Below, piece after piece: positions 11,667 to 20,846 of a stretch of 64,000 nt of DNA. The position numbers were made by a program, and so were the translations under genes. The stretch comes from an uncultured cyanobacterium. GTDB taxonomy: Bacteria; Cyanobacteriota; Cyanobacteriia; Cyanobacteriales; Cyanobacteriaceae. Location: positions 864,001 to 928,000 of the forward strand of contig CAVVOP010000008.1 of assembly GCA_963749915.1 (NCBI GenBank), written 5' to 3'. Under the pieces are notes generated by a model. That model ran no database searches and was not told the DNA's origin. It was given only the letters and a program-made list of their open reading frames with translations. The number at the start of each line of letters is the position of its first letter. Within the stretch, counting starts at the first letter, position 1.

Positions 11667-11833
11667 ATGACATAAGAAGAATAACCTATGAGTCGGCGAA
11701 AATAGAAGGTTCTTGCAACGAGGGGCAAGTGACAAACAGTTCTTCTCAATTAAATTTTTAATGTCTCTGTCTTTTACCCATATCATTTTCGATCGCGCAG
11801 CGGCAGGCAAAGCCTGGTCGCCTCTCAATTTCC

Positions 11834-11922
11834 CACTAACGTTGCCCATCACCCACCGCAGATAACCTTTGCATCAATACCGAATCACTTTCGTCGGTCG
11901 GTGTGCATGGGCGTTGTTAGCT
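11834..11922 (-). repeat. attC-like (integron cassette) imperfect palindrome
   Basis: Minus strand reads GCTAAC-AACGCCCATGCACACC...GGTGGGTGATGGGCAAC-GTTAG: core boxes ending AAC and starting GTT, with complementary arms. Confidence 0.6.
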
Positions 11923-12066
11923 GCAATCGCTTGCTTCAAGGAATTTATAAGAATAGTGAGTTCCCCAAAATTTATCGGTGGGGTAGTAGGAGTTGAAGTG
12001 GGGAACGCACCCTACAAGATCGGCGATCTAACCTCGACGGGTTGCCCATTCGGCTCTCTTGATCGC

Positions 12067-12747
12067 TCAGGTCAGACCTTTGGTGTCATCTTCGAGTTCC
12101 TCGACCATCCACTCACCACCGACCTTATCCCACTTCTTGACCTTAGCCAGTAAGTAAGCAAAGCAGGTGTTCTCGGGAATCTGAACTTTGCTAGAAGTAG
12201 TTGATGAGGAACTGGCTCCAACGTTCAAAGTGAAGCCCGATGTTCCCAGGGGGGCGCTCACCGAAACGCTGCCGCCAGTAGTCACCCGTGACGCGAGCTC
12301 CGCCTCCATCACGATCCACACGTCGCTCACGATCCGCGCGTCTTTCCCTTCTTCCTTAAGATTATTGCGTGCGACGTCCGCATGCTTGTTAAGCAGTCTT
12401 TTCAACGCGTTGCTGGGTACGCTGAGCTTGATCAGAACCAGGTTGGCTGATTTGGCTGCGCCGCGGCTGAAGGCAACCTGACCACCGGCAGCGGTCAGGT
12501 ACTTGATCCCAACGTTCACTTCCTTGTCGGAGAAGTTGTCCCATTCAATGAGGTAGGGGCCGGATGTCGTGACGTCAACCTTTGCAAGGTTAGCCGGACT
12601 GACGGTTCCTGCAAGGTATAAGTAAGGCGCTTTGCCCAAAGGCGTCTTCTTCTCTCCAAAAGACACAAGGTTGACATCTTCGCAACCACCTCGGAAATAG
12701 CTCTTGCCGGAGTAGACAAATTTGGAGTCAGAGATTTTAACTGTCAT
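12067..12747 (-). CDS. Putative gasdermin-like pore-forming protein (high GC, foreign)
   Basis: Motif order KLSVPSNALKRLL / LKEEGKDARIVSDV / Ser-Gly-rich hairpin / KVQIPENTCFAYLL parallels the gasdermin N-domain. Confidence 0.55.
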   Translation of the reverse strand: MTVKISDSKFVYSGKSYFRGGCEDVNLVSFGEKKTPLGKAPYLYLAGTVSPANLAKVDVTTSGPYLIEWDNFSDKEVNVGIKYLTAAGGQVAFSRGAAKSANLVLIKLSVPSNALKRLLNKHADVARNNLKEEGKDARIVSDVWIVMEAELASRVTTGGSVSVSAPLGTSGFTLNVGASSSSTTSSKVQIPENTCFAYLLAKVKKWDKVGGEWMVEELEDDTKGLT

Positions 12748-13068
12748 GATACTTAACGTGTCTCCATAGAATTCAGATTTTTCAATTGTGCCGGACGTAC
12801 TTCATCGTTAATCAGCACTCTCAGGATATTAACCCCATACAGGATGATATCCCGAAATTTTCTGTATATTCTGTGATAATAGCAAGAAACTTTCTGGGTA
12901 ACATGCTAAATAGTTATACTATCAAGAAATATTCTGGATATCATATTAGGTAGGTCAAAACCTCCTAAAAAATTTCTTATAAATTTGTTTTATTCAATAT
13001 AACTGAAAAACCATTACCGAGATATTTTTCTTAACATATATTTATATCTAGCTTGAAATACAGTTAAA

Positions 13069-13306
13069 AACATAGTCTTTTTGCCTTCGGTTTATCTCAA
13101 AGGCTACTGTTTCCGACCCTAGGTCACTGCGTGGCTGGAACTGGTGAGACAATGACACGACCGCTTTTCTATTATACCCGTTCTGTGGTGCGACTAGGCA
13201 ACACCTTAATTGAAGTCGCTCCGCCGCCATAGTTTAGTTCTACTTGCCTATAGTCTTCGTAACGGCTACGCTCCATTTATTTATTTTTGCCTTGCGCACA
13301 GATCAA
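13069..13306 (+). repeat. 238-bp structured element, copy 1 (inverted copy at 23795-24031)
   Basis: Manual alignment shows near identity with clustered differences; contains hairpins (GCCTT..AAGGC, GACC-CTA-GGTC) and a TATAAT on the opposite strand. Confidence 0.9.
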
Positions 13307-13321
13307 AGTTCACTGTGAAAA

Positions 13322-13654
13322 ATGAGAACGGGTGAAAAGAAGCTGTTCTTTCGTTGGGGGTTTGTTCCCGTGGTTTCTTTCCGTGTTGTTTCTGGTTCTG
13401 CGTTGGCTTGTTCTGCGGTGTCTTGGTGGTTGCGTCCGGGGCGTTCTGGTGGTGGCTTCCGTCTGGTTGCCCGTTTTCCTTCCTTGGCTTTGGCTTCTTT
13501 GTTTGCTCGGCGCTGGGCTGGTGCTTGTGGTTTCTCGGCGGTGGCGGTTCGTCCTTGTCCTGCTGTTCCGGGGTGCTGGGTTGTGTCTGTTCCCGTTGTT
13601 GTTCCTGCGTCCTCGCCCGTTCGTGGGTGGGGTGCTTGGTCGGCTCTTCCCTAG
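13322..13654 (+). CDS. Adenine-free ORF, hypothetical 110-aa protein
   Basis: No A between 13342 and 13652; the only A in 13342-13700 lies in this ORF's TAG stop. Confidence 0.5.
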   Translation: MRTGEKKLFFRWGFVPVVSFRVVSGSALACSAVSWWLRPGRSGGGFRLVARFPSLALASLFARRWAGACGFSAVAVRPCPAVPGCWVVSVPVVVPASSPVRGWGAWSALP

Positions 13655-13947
13655 TGGCTCTGGTGGGGGTTGTTGCCCCTGCCTTCTTTTTTTTGTCGTT
13701 AAACTTTAACTGCCCTTCTGCCTTCTGCCTTCCTGCCTTCTTTAAGATCCCAAGTATATGTGATACATACAATAAATTTAGGGTATGCTAATGCAACCTT
13801 TTCGTACCCTTTGACAGCAAGACTCTTTTTCCCTACAGTTATTTATATAAAAAGTCGATGATTTTTTATTATCAGCAAAACCCCTGAAGTGTAAAATAAC
13901 TACCAAGGGCTTGGTAGCTATCGATTTTAATCTGATTAATTAATATT

Positions 13948-14469
13948 ATGACACAGTTAGCTACTGCCAATGGTGGCTTGATTCAGCCTTTGAATCAGTC
14001 ACTCGATTGTATTATTGAGGCTTTAATTGCTTCTAAGCATAAGGCTTCTACCCGTCTAACTTATCGTCAAAATCTCAAGTATTTTGCTCATTATCTGATT
14101 CATGGGTTCTTAAATAAATGTCAGAAGATAGTTTTACCTGACATCCAAATCAAAGCGGTTATCGGTGAGTTTTTAGGTTTTGAAAAGGTGAGGGCCATCG
14201 CTTACACTGCTCAATATCAATTAGATTTAATTGAGGCTGATTATACTCCCAATAGTATCGGTAAACAGGTCATTCATTTAGCACCGAAGACGGTATCAGC
14301 TTTAAATAATTGGCTATCTTGTTACTCTAATCCTCAACCTGAATCACCCCTGTTTATTAGTCTAGCCAACAATACTAGAGGCAATAGATTAACAGGAAAA
14401 AGTATTTACTGCATTGTCAGAAAATATAATGTACCTAAACCTAATACTGTTACTGTAGGGAAAACATAA
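13948..14469 (+). pseudogene. Tyrosine recombinase/integrase, internally deleted and truncated
   Basis: STRLTYRQNLKYF N-domain is joined directly to ESPLFISL...RLTGKSIYCIVRKY; the catalytic R and HxxR/Y motifs are missing. Confidence 0.7.
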
Positions 14470-14928
14470 TCTATTCTTATGTGGCACTCAGTTAATTTAA
14501 TCATTATACTGCTACGCGATCGATCTAGGAATTATAAATTATGAATGTAGAAGAAAGTGATGAAACTTAAAAAGTTAAGTTGATGATTATTAAGAGTTTA
14601 GTTTGTTTTCCTAATTTGATACTCTACATTTAAAAATCTTTTACCCTTGCCCGACTCTCTTCCTTTACTTTTAATGGGAGGAACTCGTGATGGAGTTATC
14701 GCTAATAATACTCAACTTTATGGAATGACGGAAAAAGACCCAATCTACTCAAATGAACATAATTTGCTCATTGGTTACGACATTCCCATATCACTGAGGC
14801 GATTAAGGGTGGTTGTGATTTATCACTTTTTCACCAGTCATTAGGACATTCAAGTATTACTACTACCCAAATGGCTCTTCAAAATAGTACAGAAGAATTG
14901 ATTGCCCCATGTCGCACCAACCTTCTAT

Positions 14929-15375
14929 TTAGGCCGTATAAGTAGAGAAATATGCCTTGGGTTGATATCCCAGTCGTTTATACACAGGAACTCCAGCAGG
15001 TGTAGCATGAAGAATAGTGCGACTCTTCCCAAATTTCTTCTCTGCCTGTGCTAGGCAATGTCTAATTACGGTTTGAGCATAGCCATGATTACGATATTCG
15101 GGTAATGTTGCCACAAACGCTACATAAAATTTCCCCTCGAGCCACAAAACCATAGCAGTGGATACAGGCTTATTCTCTAAGTATCCCACCGTGCCCAATA
15201 CAGTTTTTCCCCAAAATTCTTCTCTTTCTAAAGGTTCACAAAACTGTTCGGGTCGCATCTGATAACTAACTGCATTAATATAACCCACTGCTTTTCTTGT
15301 TTCTTGATTATCAACACAGACACACTCAAGAGTTGGAATTGGTTTGACTGATGGTATAAGTTGATCCGTCGCCAT
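14929..15375 (-). CDS. GNAT acetyltransferase (possibly 5'-truncated)
   Basis: VATLPEYRNHGYAQ motif A; LHATPAGVPVYKRLGY. Confidence 0.8.
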   Translation of the reverse strand: MATDQLIPSVKPIPTLECVCVDNQETRKAVGYINAVSYQMRPEQFCEPLEREEFWGKTVLGTVGYLENKPVSTAMVLWLEGKFYVAFVATLPEYRNHGYAQTVIRHCLAQAEKKFGKSRTILHATPAGVPVYKRLGYQPKAYFSTYTA

Positions 15376-15473
15376 TAGTTCATACTGAAAATATTTATGA
15401 AAAATAAGTTTTTATGTGCTATCTTAGTTTCGTTTGATTTCCGTAAATCTGTATTTAAAGATTTCTGTAAATA

Positions 15474-16259
15474 ATGATAATCAGTATTCAAAGTCAAAAA
15501 GGAGGGGTAGGAAAGACTACTCTCTCCATTAACCTTAGTTATGCTTTAACCAAAAAAAGGTCGCCCAATAAAGTATTACTCGTTGATTCAGATCCTCAAG
15601 GTTCAGCTAGAGATTGGGCTAATGCTAGAGAAGATGAATTACCTTTTATGGTGGTGGGATTACATCGTCCTACTATTCATCGAGATTTACCAAAAATGGC
15701 TCAAGATTATGATTATGTGGTTATTGACGGTTCACCTAGAGTATCAGATTTAGCTAGATCTGGAATCCTTGCCGCTGACTTAGTTGTTATTCCTGTGCAA
15801 CCATCTCCTTATGATATTTGGGCAGTAGCAGAAACAGTTAAAATAATCGACGAAGCTTCTGTATTTAAAGAAACACTGAAATCTGTATTTGTAATTAATC
15901 GTAAAATCGTAAATACGGCGATCGGTAGAGATATAGCGGAAGCTCTTGAACAATACTCCATTCCTGTAGCGAAAACTCAAATTTGTCAACGAGTTATTTT
16001 TGCTGAATCGGCCGTTACTGGTCAATCTGTATTGGAAACCAGTCGTACTAATAAAGTTGAGCAAATGGAAGAGTGGGTATCTAATCGTAATCTAGAAGAA
16101 GTAAAACAAGAGTCGCCAAAACCAAAAGTAAAGATGAAAAGATTAACTCTTGATATTAGTGAAGAGCTTCATAAAGCAATCAAACTTAAATCAGTTCAAG
16201 AAGGGATACCTATGGCTGACTTACTAAGAGAATTATTACAAGAGTATTTCTATAAATAA
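15474..16259 (+). CDS. parA: Type Ib partition ATPase ParA fused to ParG-like RHH protein
   Basis: QKGGVGKTT, DSDPQGSA and DGSP motifs; C-terminal MKRLTLDISEELHKAIK RHH; AT-rich parS-like repeats at ~15435-15472 and ~16255-16310. Confidence 0.85.
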   Translation: MIISIQSQKGGVGKTTLSINLSYALTKKRSPNKVLLVDSDPQGSARDWANAREDELPFMVVGLHRPTIHRDLPKMAQDYDYVVIDGSPRVSDLARSGILAADLVVIPVQPSPYDIWAVAETVKIIDEASVFKETLKSVFVINRKIVNTAIGRDIAEALEQYSIPVAKTQICQRVIFAESAVTGQSVLETSRTNKVEQMEEWVSNRNLEEVKQESPKPKVKMKRLTLDISEELHKAIKLKSVQEGIPMADLLRELLQEYFYK

Positions 16260-16380
16260 ATAAAGAAATACAGATAATTGTATTTAAAGAAATAAAGATT
16301 TACAGAAAGATGAAATGCTCTAATTTTTTGATTCAATCTATAAATATAATAAAAGTAGGAATAAAAATAAAAGTAAAGTT

Positions 16381-16584
16381 ATGACATTAAGCGATATCAA
16401 AGAAACTAAAAAAGACGCTGAATATTACCGAAAAAAAATAGGAGTAAAAAAGAAAAATCCTGAAGAACTCCGAAAATTATTTGATGAGATCAATAAAAAT
16501 CTAGAAGAAATGGCAAAATCTAGTGGTATGAGCGTAGAAGAATTAATTGAAGTCTTAGATCCTAGTAATCCTTCTCCTTTTTAA
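16381..16584 (+). CDS. Small putative antitoxin
   Basis: Immediately precedes the PIN gene (2-bp gap). Confidence 0.55.
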   Translation: MTLSDIKETKKDAEYYRKKIGVKKKNPEELRKLFDEINKNLEEMAKSSGMSVEELIEVLDPSNPSPF

Positions 16585-16586
16585 TT

Positions 16587-17030
16587 ATGCTTTTGGTTGT
16601 CGATGCCAACATTTTAATTGGTGAATTATTAAGGAAAAGAGGACAAGAATTAATCCAAGATTCTCGACTAATTCTGTATATTTCTGAAAGAGTTTTTAGT
16701 GAAGCAAACCACGAGTTAAATAAAAGAATCAAGTTAATGATCCAACAGGGGAGAGTATCTTCATCTGAAGGAGATTTACGGTTAATTAATGCTCAATCTA
16801 TCATCGATAATGTTGTTAATATAGTACCTTTAATTGATTATCAACACTTAGAAGAAGAAGCAAAAAATCGTATTCCTCAAGATCCTAATGACTGGGAAAC
16901 AGTAGCGATTTCATTATTGCTCGATGTTGATATTTGGACAAAAGATAGTGACTTTCTCGGTTGTGGTCGTGCCACTTGGACAACGGAAACTTTAATATAT
17001 TATTTGAATAAACATAAACCAAATTCATAA
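16587..17030 (+). CDS. PIN-domain protein (toxin)
   Basis: LVVDANIL...DPNDW...IWTKDSDF acidic PIN motifs. Confidence 0.85.
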   Translation: MLLVVDANILIGELLRKRGQELIQDSRLILYISERVFSEANHELNKRIKLMIQQGRVSSSEGDLRLINAQSIIDNVVNIVPLIDYQHLEEEAKNRIPQDPNDWETVAISLLLDVDIWTKDSDFLGCGRATWTTETLIYYLNKHKPNS

Positions 17031-17783
17031 ATCAAAAACAACCTGGGTTAGATGTAGCAAATCAGTTTCTAAGAGCAAAATTCCTTAAGGATTTTCCCGA
17101 TTTGTTAATGCTTCTTTAATAGATTTAGTAAAGTTGTTGCCGCCCGTAACGCTTATCTTCCTCATCCCGAACATGAGCGGGTTAAAGCTGTATTACTGGA
17201 ATGTATCGATGATGCTGTCGCTTTCGACTTTGAGGCTTGAATATAAATAGTAACTCTAACCGTAACCCACAGACAGGACAAGCTCAAATTCTGGCACTTT
17301 ACGTCCGGTTAAAGGTCTCGGTCAATATCCGCCATCCTTTGGATGATCGTCTTTGTAGTTGGAGATGTGATATATGCCCAAAATAAAGCAATGCGATCGT
17401 GCAGCGCTACTTCGTGATCGTTGTAAATTCTACTCAAACAATCCTAATTTAGTATGTGCCGTTAATCCTGGTGGCGTGGACACGGATACTTGTATTGATT
17501 TTAGAAAGTTTTTTCGTCTTATTTAGTACTACTTGTTTCTCAGAGATAGGCTAAATCTTCGGTTTTTTTAAGTTTTCTCCTCAAAGTCTCCTTCGGGAAC
17601 AATCCCTAGACAGAAGCACTCAGAAGTGATTGGAGCAAAATCCGCCCCTTCTCCAAACAAACCGAAATCTGAGTTCAGTTTTTCCCTTTGTAACAATTTG
17701 CCCAGTTTTATTAAGATTTGTTGCATTAACTTGTCAAACTTGTTAGGCTGTGCGTGAACAGTGCTAATAAAGGAGTAACTTTC

Positions 17784-17891
17784 ATGACAACTATGACGAT
17801 CGCTTTAATTTCCGTGTTGGTTCTCGGCTGGCTTCTAGCTGCCACCATTGGGACTTGGGCCTACTTTGCCAATGAACGACCCGACTCTTGA
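17784..17891 (+). CDS. 35-aa single-TM small protein (Psb35-like motif), not in the ORF track
   Basis: AAGGAG RBS; MTTMTIALISVLVLGWLLAATIGTWAYFANERPDS*. Confidence 0.6.
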   Translation: MTTMTIALISVLVLGWLLAATIGTWAYFANERPDS

Positions 17892-18281
17892 GGGTATGAG
17901 AAAAACCCCGCCGAGAATGATGAAAATTCTCGATGCCAGGGCTTTCCATTACCCTAATCAGTAATTTAGTTGTGAGTTTTCTCAACACAAGTAATTAACT
18001 TTCAATCCCGTAAACCGACTAGTCCAGAAAGTTTACGGTTAATATCATACAATATTCTCGCTCTCTACTTTCCTTTAATTCGCTACAGAATTCAAGAGCA
18101 GTAATTGGTGATTAATTTCTGTGTTTTCTAGTAGTTGCTTTTCATCCATACTGTCTAAACTACCATATTTCGTTACCCCTCTGAACGGTTACGATATTTC
18201 TCTACTGGTGGAATGCAGAATTAAGAATGTAGAATGCATCAGTGGAAAACCTTTTATTTTGAATCATGCCCAATTTACATT

Positions 18282-18881
18282 TCAAAAAAAGGAAATTTGA
18301 CACCATTCGCACTTTTCTCCGTCGTTACCATTATGATCGATAGCCCAGACTCTCCATCTTAAGCTATCGCAACCTACATCTTTTGCTCTAAGATGTATTT
18401 TTGAACTATAAATAGGATTATTCATCAGACGAAACGCTACCCCACGTTTGATGAACCATGGATGATCTTCTGACCCACGCCATGCAGTTGGATCATCTTT
18501 GCTACTACGGCAGTCAATCTCGATTCCATAGGATGCCGCTCCTTCTACAGGATGCCAGTAAATAGGAAAAAAATAATTATCCGGTGGCCATTTCCTGGCT
18601 GAGTTGCACTTAGGTTCTTTCATCACAGGTGGAGGTAATTTAGCTGTCAGATCAGATGTCGATTCCGATGAGGTCGATGGTGGCAAAGAGGAAGGTTCTG
18701 GTATCGTTGAGGAAGGAGGAGTGTCTCTTGTTAGCAATGGACCTATTACAGCAGAGATTAATGTTGTAATAACTGTGACTACTCCTGTAATAATGGCAAT
18801 CGCGACAGCCTTGTCTCTTCCTTGAGAAGATTTCTTATTTTCTGGAGATTCATTTATCTTTGAAGGCTCTTGTTCGTTCAT
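18282..18881 (-). CDS. Membrane-anchored hypothetical protein (TM, P/S/T linker, Cys/Trp-rich beta domain)
   Basis: TM at aa ~25-50; WHPVEGAASYGIEI...RWRVWAID suggests an FN3-like fold. Confidence 0.6.
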   Translation of the reverse strand: MNEQEPSKINESPENKKSSQGRDKAVAIAIITGVVTVITTLISAVIGPLLTRDTPPSSTIPEPSSLPPSTSSESTSDLTAKLPPPVMKEPKCNSARKWPPDNYFFPIYWHPVEGAASYGIEIDCRSSKDDPTAWRGSEDHPWFIKRGVAFRLMNNPIYSSKIHLRAKDVGCDSLRWRVWAIDHNGNDGEKCEWCQISFF

Positions 18882-19198
18882 AAAAATTTACTCCATCGCT
18901 TGCCCATAAAATCATGATAGATATAGATATTCAAAGTAGAAATAAACTTCACAATCTTCCAGATTAAAACAGTATTAGCTGCAACAGTTTCCGTTCAAGA
19001 TTCGACGATCGTCCTCAAAGATATAGTTATTTATGATAACTCCTCCCATTCCAAATTCGAAAAGCTGCGACGGCACAAGAGAGGTAGCTTTAGCTAATCT
19101 CTTTACAAATACAATTCGCTTTTGTCCTAATGATTGCTTGAGGAGTCTTATTGGCAATGTTCCTTCGCTCTCTTTTATTTTGGAAAAATAGATTAGAG

Positions 19199-19531
19199 TC
19201 AAATTCTAGAAAAGGGAGAACAAGGTCTTTCAACACAGGGACCTCGACGAACCTGAATACCTCCAAACCGAGAGTCGAAGCAATAAGTAACTTCTCTGAT
19301 GCTTTGTCGAAAGCCAAGAAATCCAAATGGTGGAATGGGCTGAAGCCGGCAACGGCTACATTCTTCAAACAGGCTAAAACAATTAAAAGGTGCTACTGGA
19401 ACTCCTTCTAGAATCTCTCTTGGGTCAAAGAAACCTGAATCAAAATTTGGTTGAGATGGAGCAATCTTGGCAGTAAGTGGTCTCATGTTACTGTTTCGAT
19501 TGGTGCCAACAGATTGTATTGGAATTTTCAT
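19199..19531 (-). CDS. Cys-rich peptide with cyanobactin-like leader (#3)
   Basis: MKIPIQSVGTNR...KIAPS leader; 6 Cys. Confidence 0.6.
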   Translation of the reverse strand: MKIPIQSVGTNRNSNMRPLTAKIAPSQPNFDSGFFDPREILEGVPVAPFNCFSLFEECSRCRLQPIPPFGFLGFRQSIREVTYCFDSRFGGIQVRRGPCVERPCSPFSRI

Positions 19532-19878
19532 CTTTCTCTTCTAGAAATAGTTCGGGTATTAATTTTACGTGAGGCTATATTAGGCTTTGATTCGATTAAG
19601 ATCACGATACTTTGCCTTTTACCAAACGGACGAAAAAGGGTTCTGTCTAAAACCAAATACTTGCTCAGGTAATCTAATTAGTAATACTCCTTAAATTGAT
19701 AAATTTTTCGAATAAAATCAATTATCGTTTGTTTTTGTGTATTGTGCTGTCGCTAAAACACTTAACACCTTACTAATAAGATCACAAAGAGCAATTAATC
19801 TTTTTTACCAATTTGTTTCAACGAGCAAGTAACCTCTTCCAAAAACCTGAAAATAGGTAAATTTTCTATTGTCCCTTT

Positions 19879-20136
19879 TTAACCAAAGCCAATAGTAAAG
19901 TTTTGTGCTATGCAAAACCCAAAAGGAATACAACCAAAAGTATTGTTGCAGATGCTAGTTAATCGGCAAGCAAAACCTTGGGGACAGTTAACGTATCCTA
20001 AAATCTCGCGACAAATACGACGATTATCACCAGGGCAACATGCCGCAGGATGCACTCCTACTTTATCTAGATTACTAGCGTGAACACTAATGATACTAGC
20101 TCTCACAGTAGAGTTAGCCTGTTTGGGAAGTTTCAT
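19879..20136 (-). CDS. Cys-rich peptide with cyanobactin-like leader (#2)
   Basis: MKLPKQANSTVR...GVHPA leader; 8 Cys; RBS GAGG. Confidence 0.65.
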   Translation of the reverse strand: MKLPKQANSTVRASIISVHASNLDKVGVHPAACCPGDNRRICREILGYVNCPQGFACRLTSICNNTFGCIPFGFCIAQNFTIGFG

Positions 20137-20381
20137 TTTTCTATCCTCTTAAACAAAAATTTGAACGAATAAGTAATATAAGGTAGTTAATATTGCTAAA
20201 GACTCGTTATCTAATAAACCACGATCGCACTATTTTTTCAGCACTATTATCTGGACAAAAAGCACATCAGGCGATCGCTAATTCTAACTGAACGACTTTC
20301 TTTCCCTAACTCAAACACTTACGGTTTAAGAAATTCTGCCGTTTAATCTACCATTGTAAGATTGAGAGGTACGTACGCTAC

Positions 20382-20684
20382 CTAAGGGAAAACTGGCACG
20401 GGTCTTGGCCTCGCTTGGAATGGGAAAGGTGGGGATGCCGGATCCTCAGGAGGAAGCCCAGCAATCGTGCACGCAAAAGTGCAGCCGTCATGACAAATAT
20501 CAGGAGGAACCCATATAGGACAGGCAAGCTTGCAGAGATCTCGGCACAAGTTGCCGGGACCCTGCGGTTGCGGTTCGCGTAGGATAGTACCGAAGCGACC
20601 AACCCAAGCTGCATTAATGCCAGTATAAGAGGGCATTGCTCTTGTGCTGCGCGTAACATTGACGGATTGAACTGGGAGTCTCAT
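20382..20684 (-). CDS. Cys-rich peptide with cyanobactin-like leader (#1)
   Basis: MRLPVQSVNVTR...GINAA leader; CxxxCxxxC...CxxxCxxxC core; RBS AGGAGG. Confidence 0.65.
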   Translation of the reverse strand: MRLPVQSVNVTRSTRAMPSYTGINAAWVGRFGTILREPQPQGPGNLCRDLCKLACPIWVPPDICHDGCTFACTIAGLPPEDPASPPFPFQARPRPVPVFP

Positions 20685-20846
20685 TTTTGCCTCCTTTTAC
20701 TAGATGATTGAATTAATTGGAAGTTTCATTTTTGTATTCTTCTTAAAAAGTCTAAATTTATCGAGTTGTAGTTTTACACGAAGACTACGAATTAAGCAAA
20801 TTCACGATCGCACTAACACACCCTACAAGATTAGCGATCGCACTAG

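Noticed and set aside
13281..13791. Other overlapping ORFs across the A-free tract (13281-, 13332+, 13354+)
   Set aside because: They are open only because stop codons need A on the plus strand (or T on the minus strand); the 13322 frame alone explains the lone A.
14647..14844. 65-aa ORF as a functional gene
   Set aside because: Looks like a fragment of a hydrolase C-terminus (LLLMGGTRDGVI) with no proper start.
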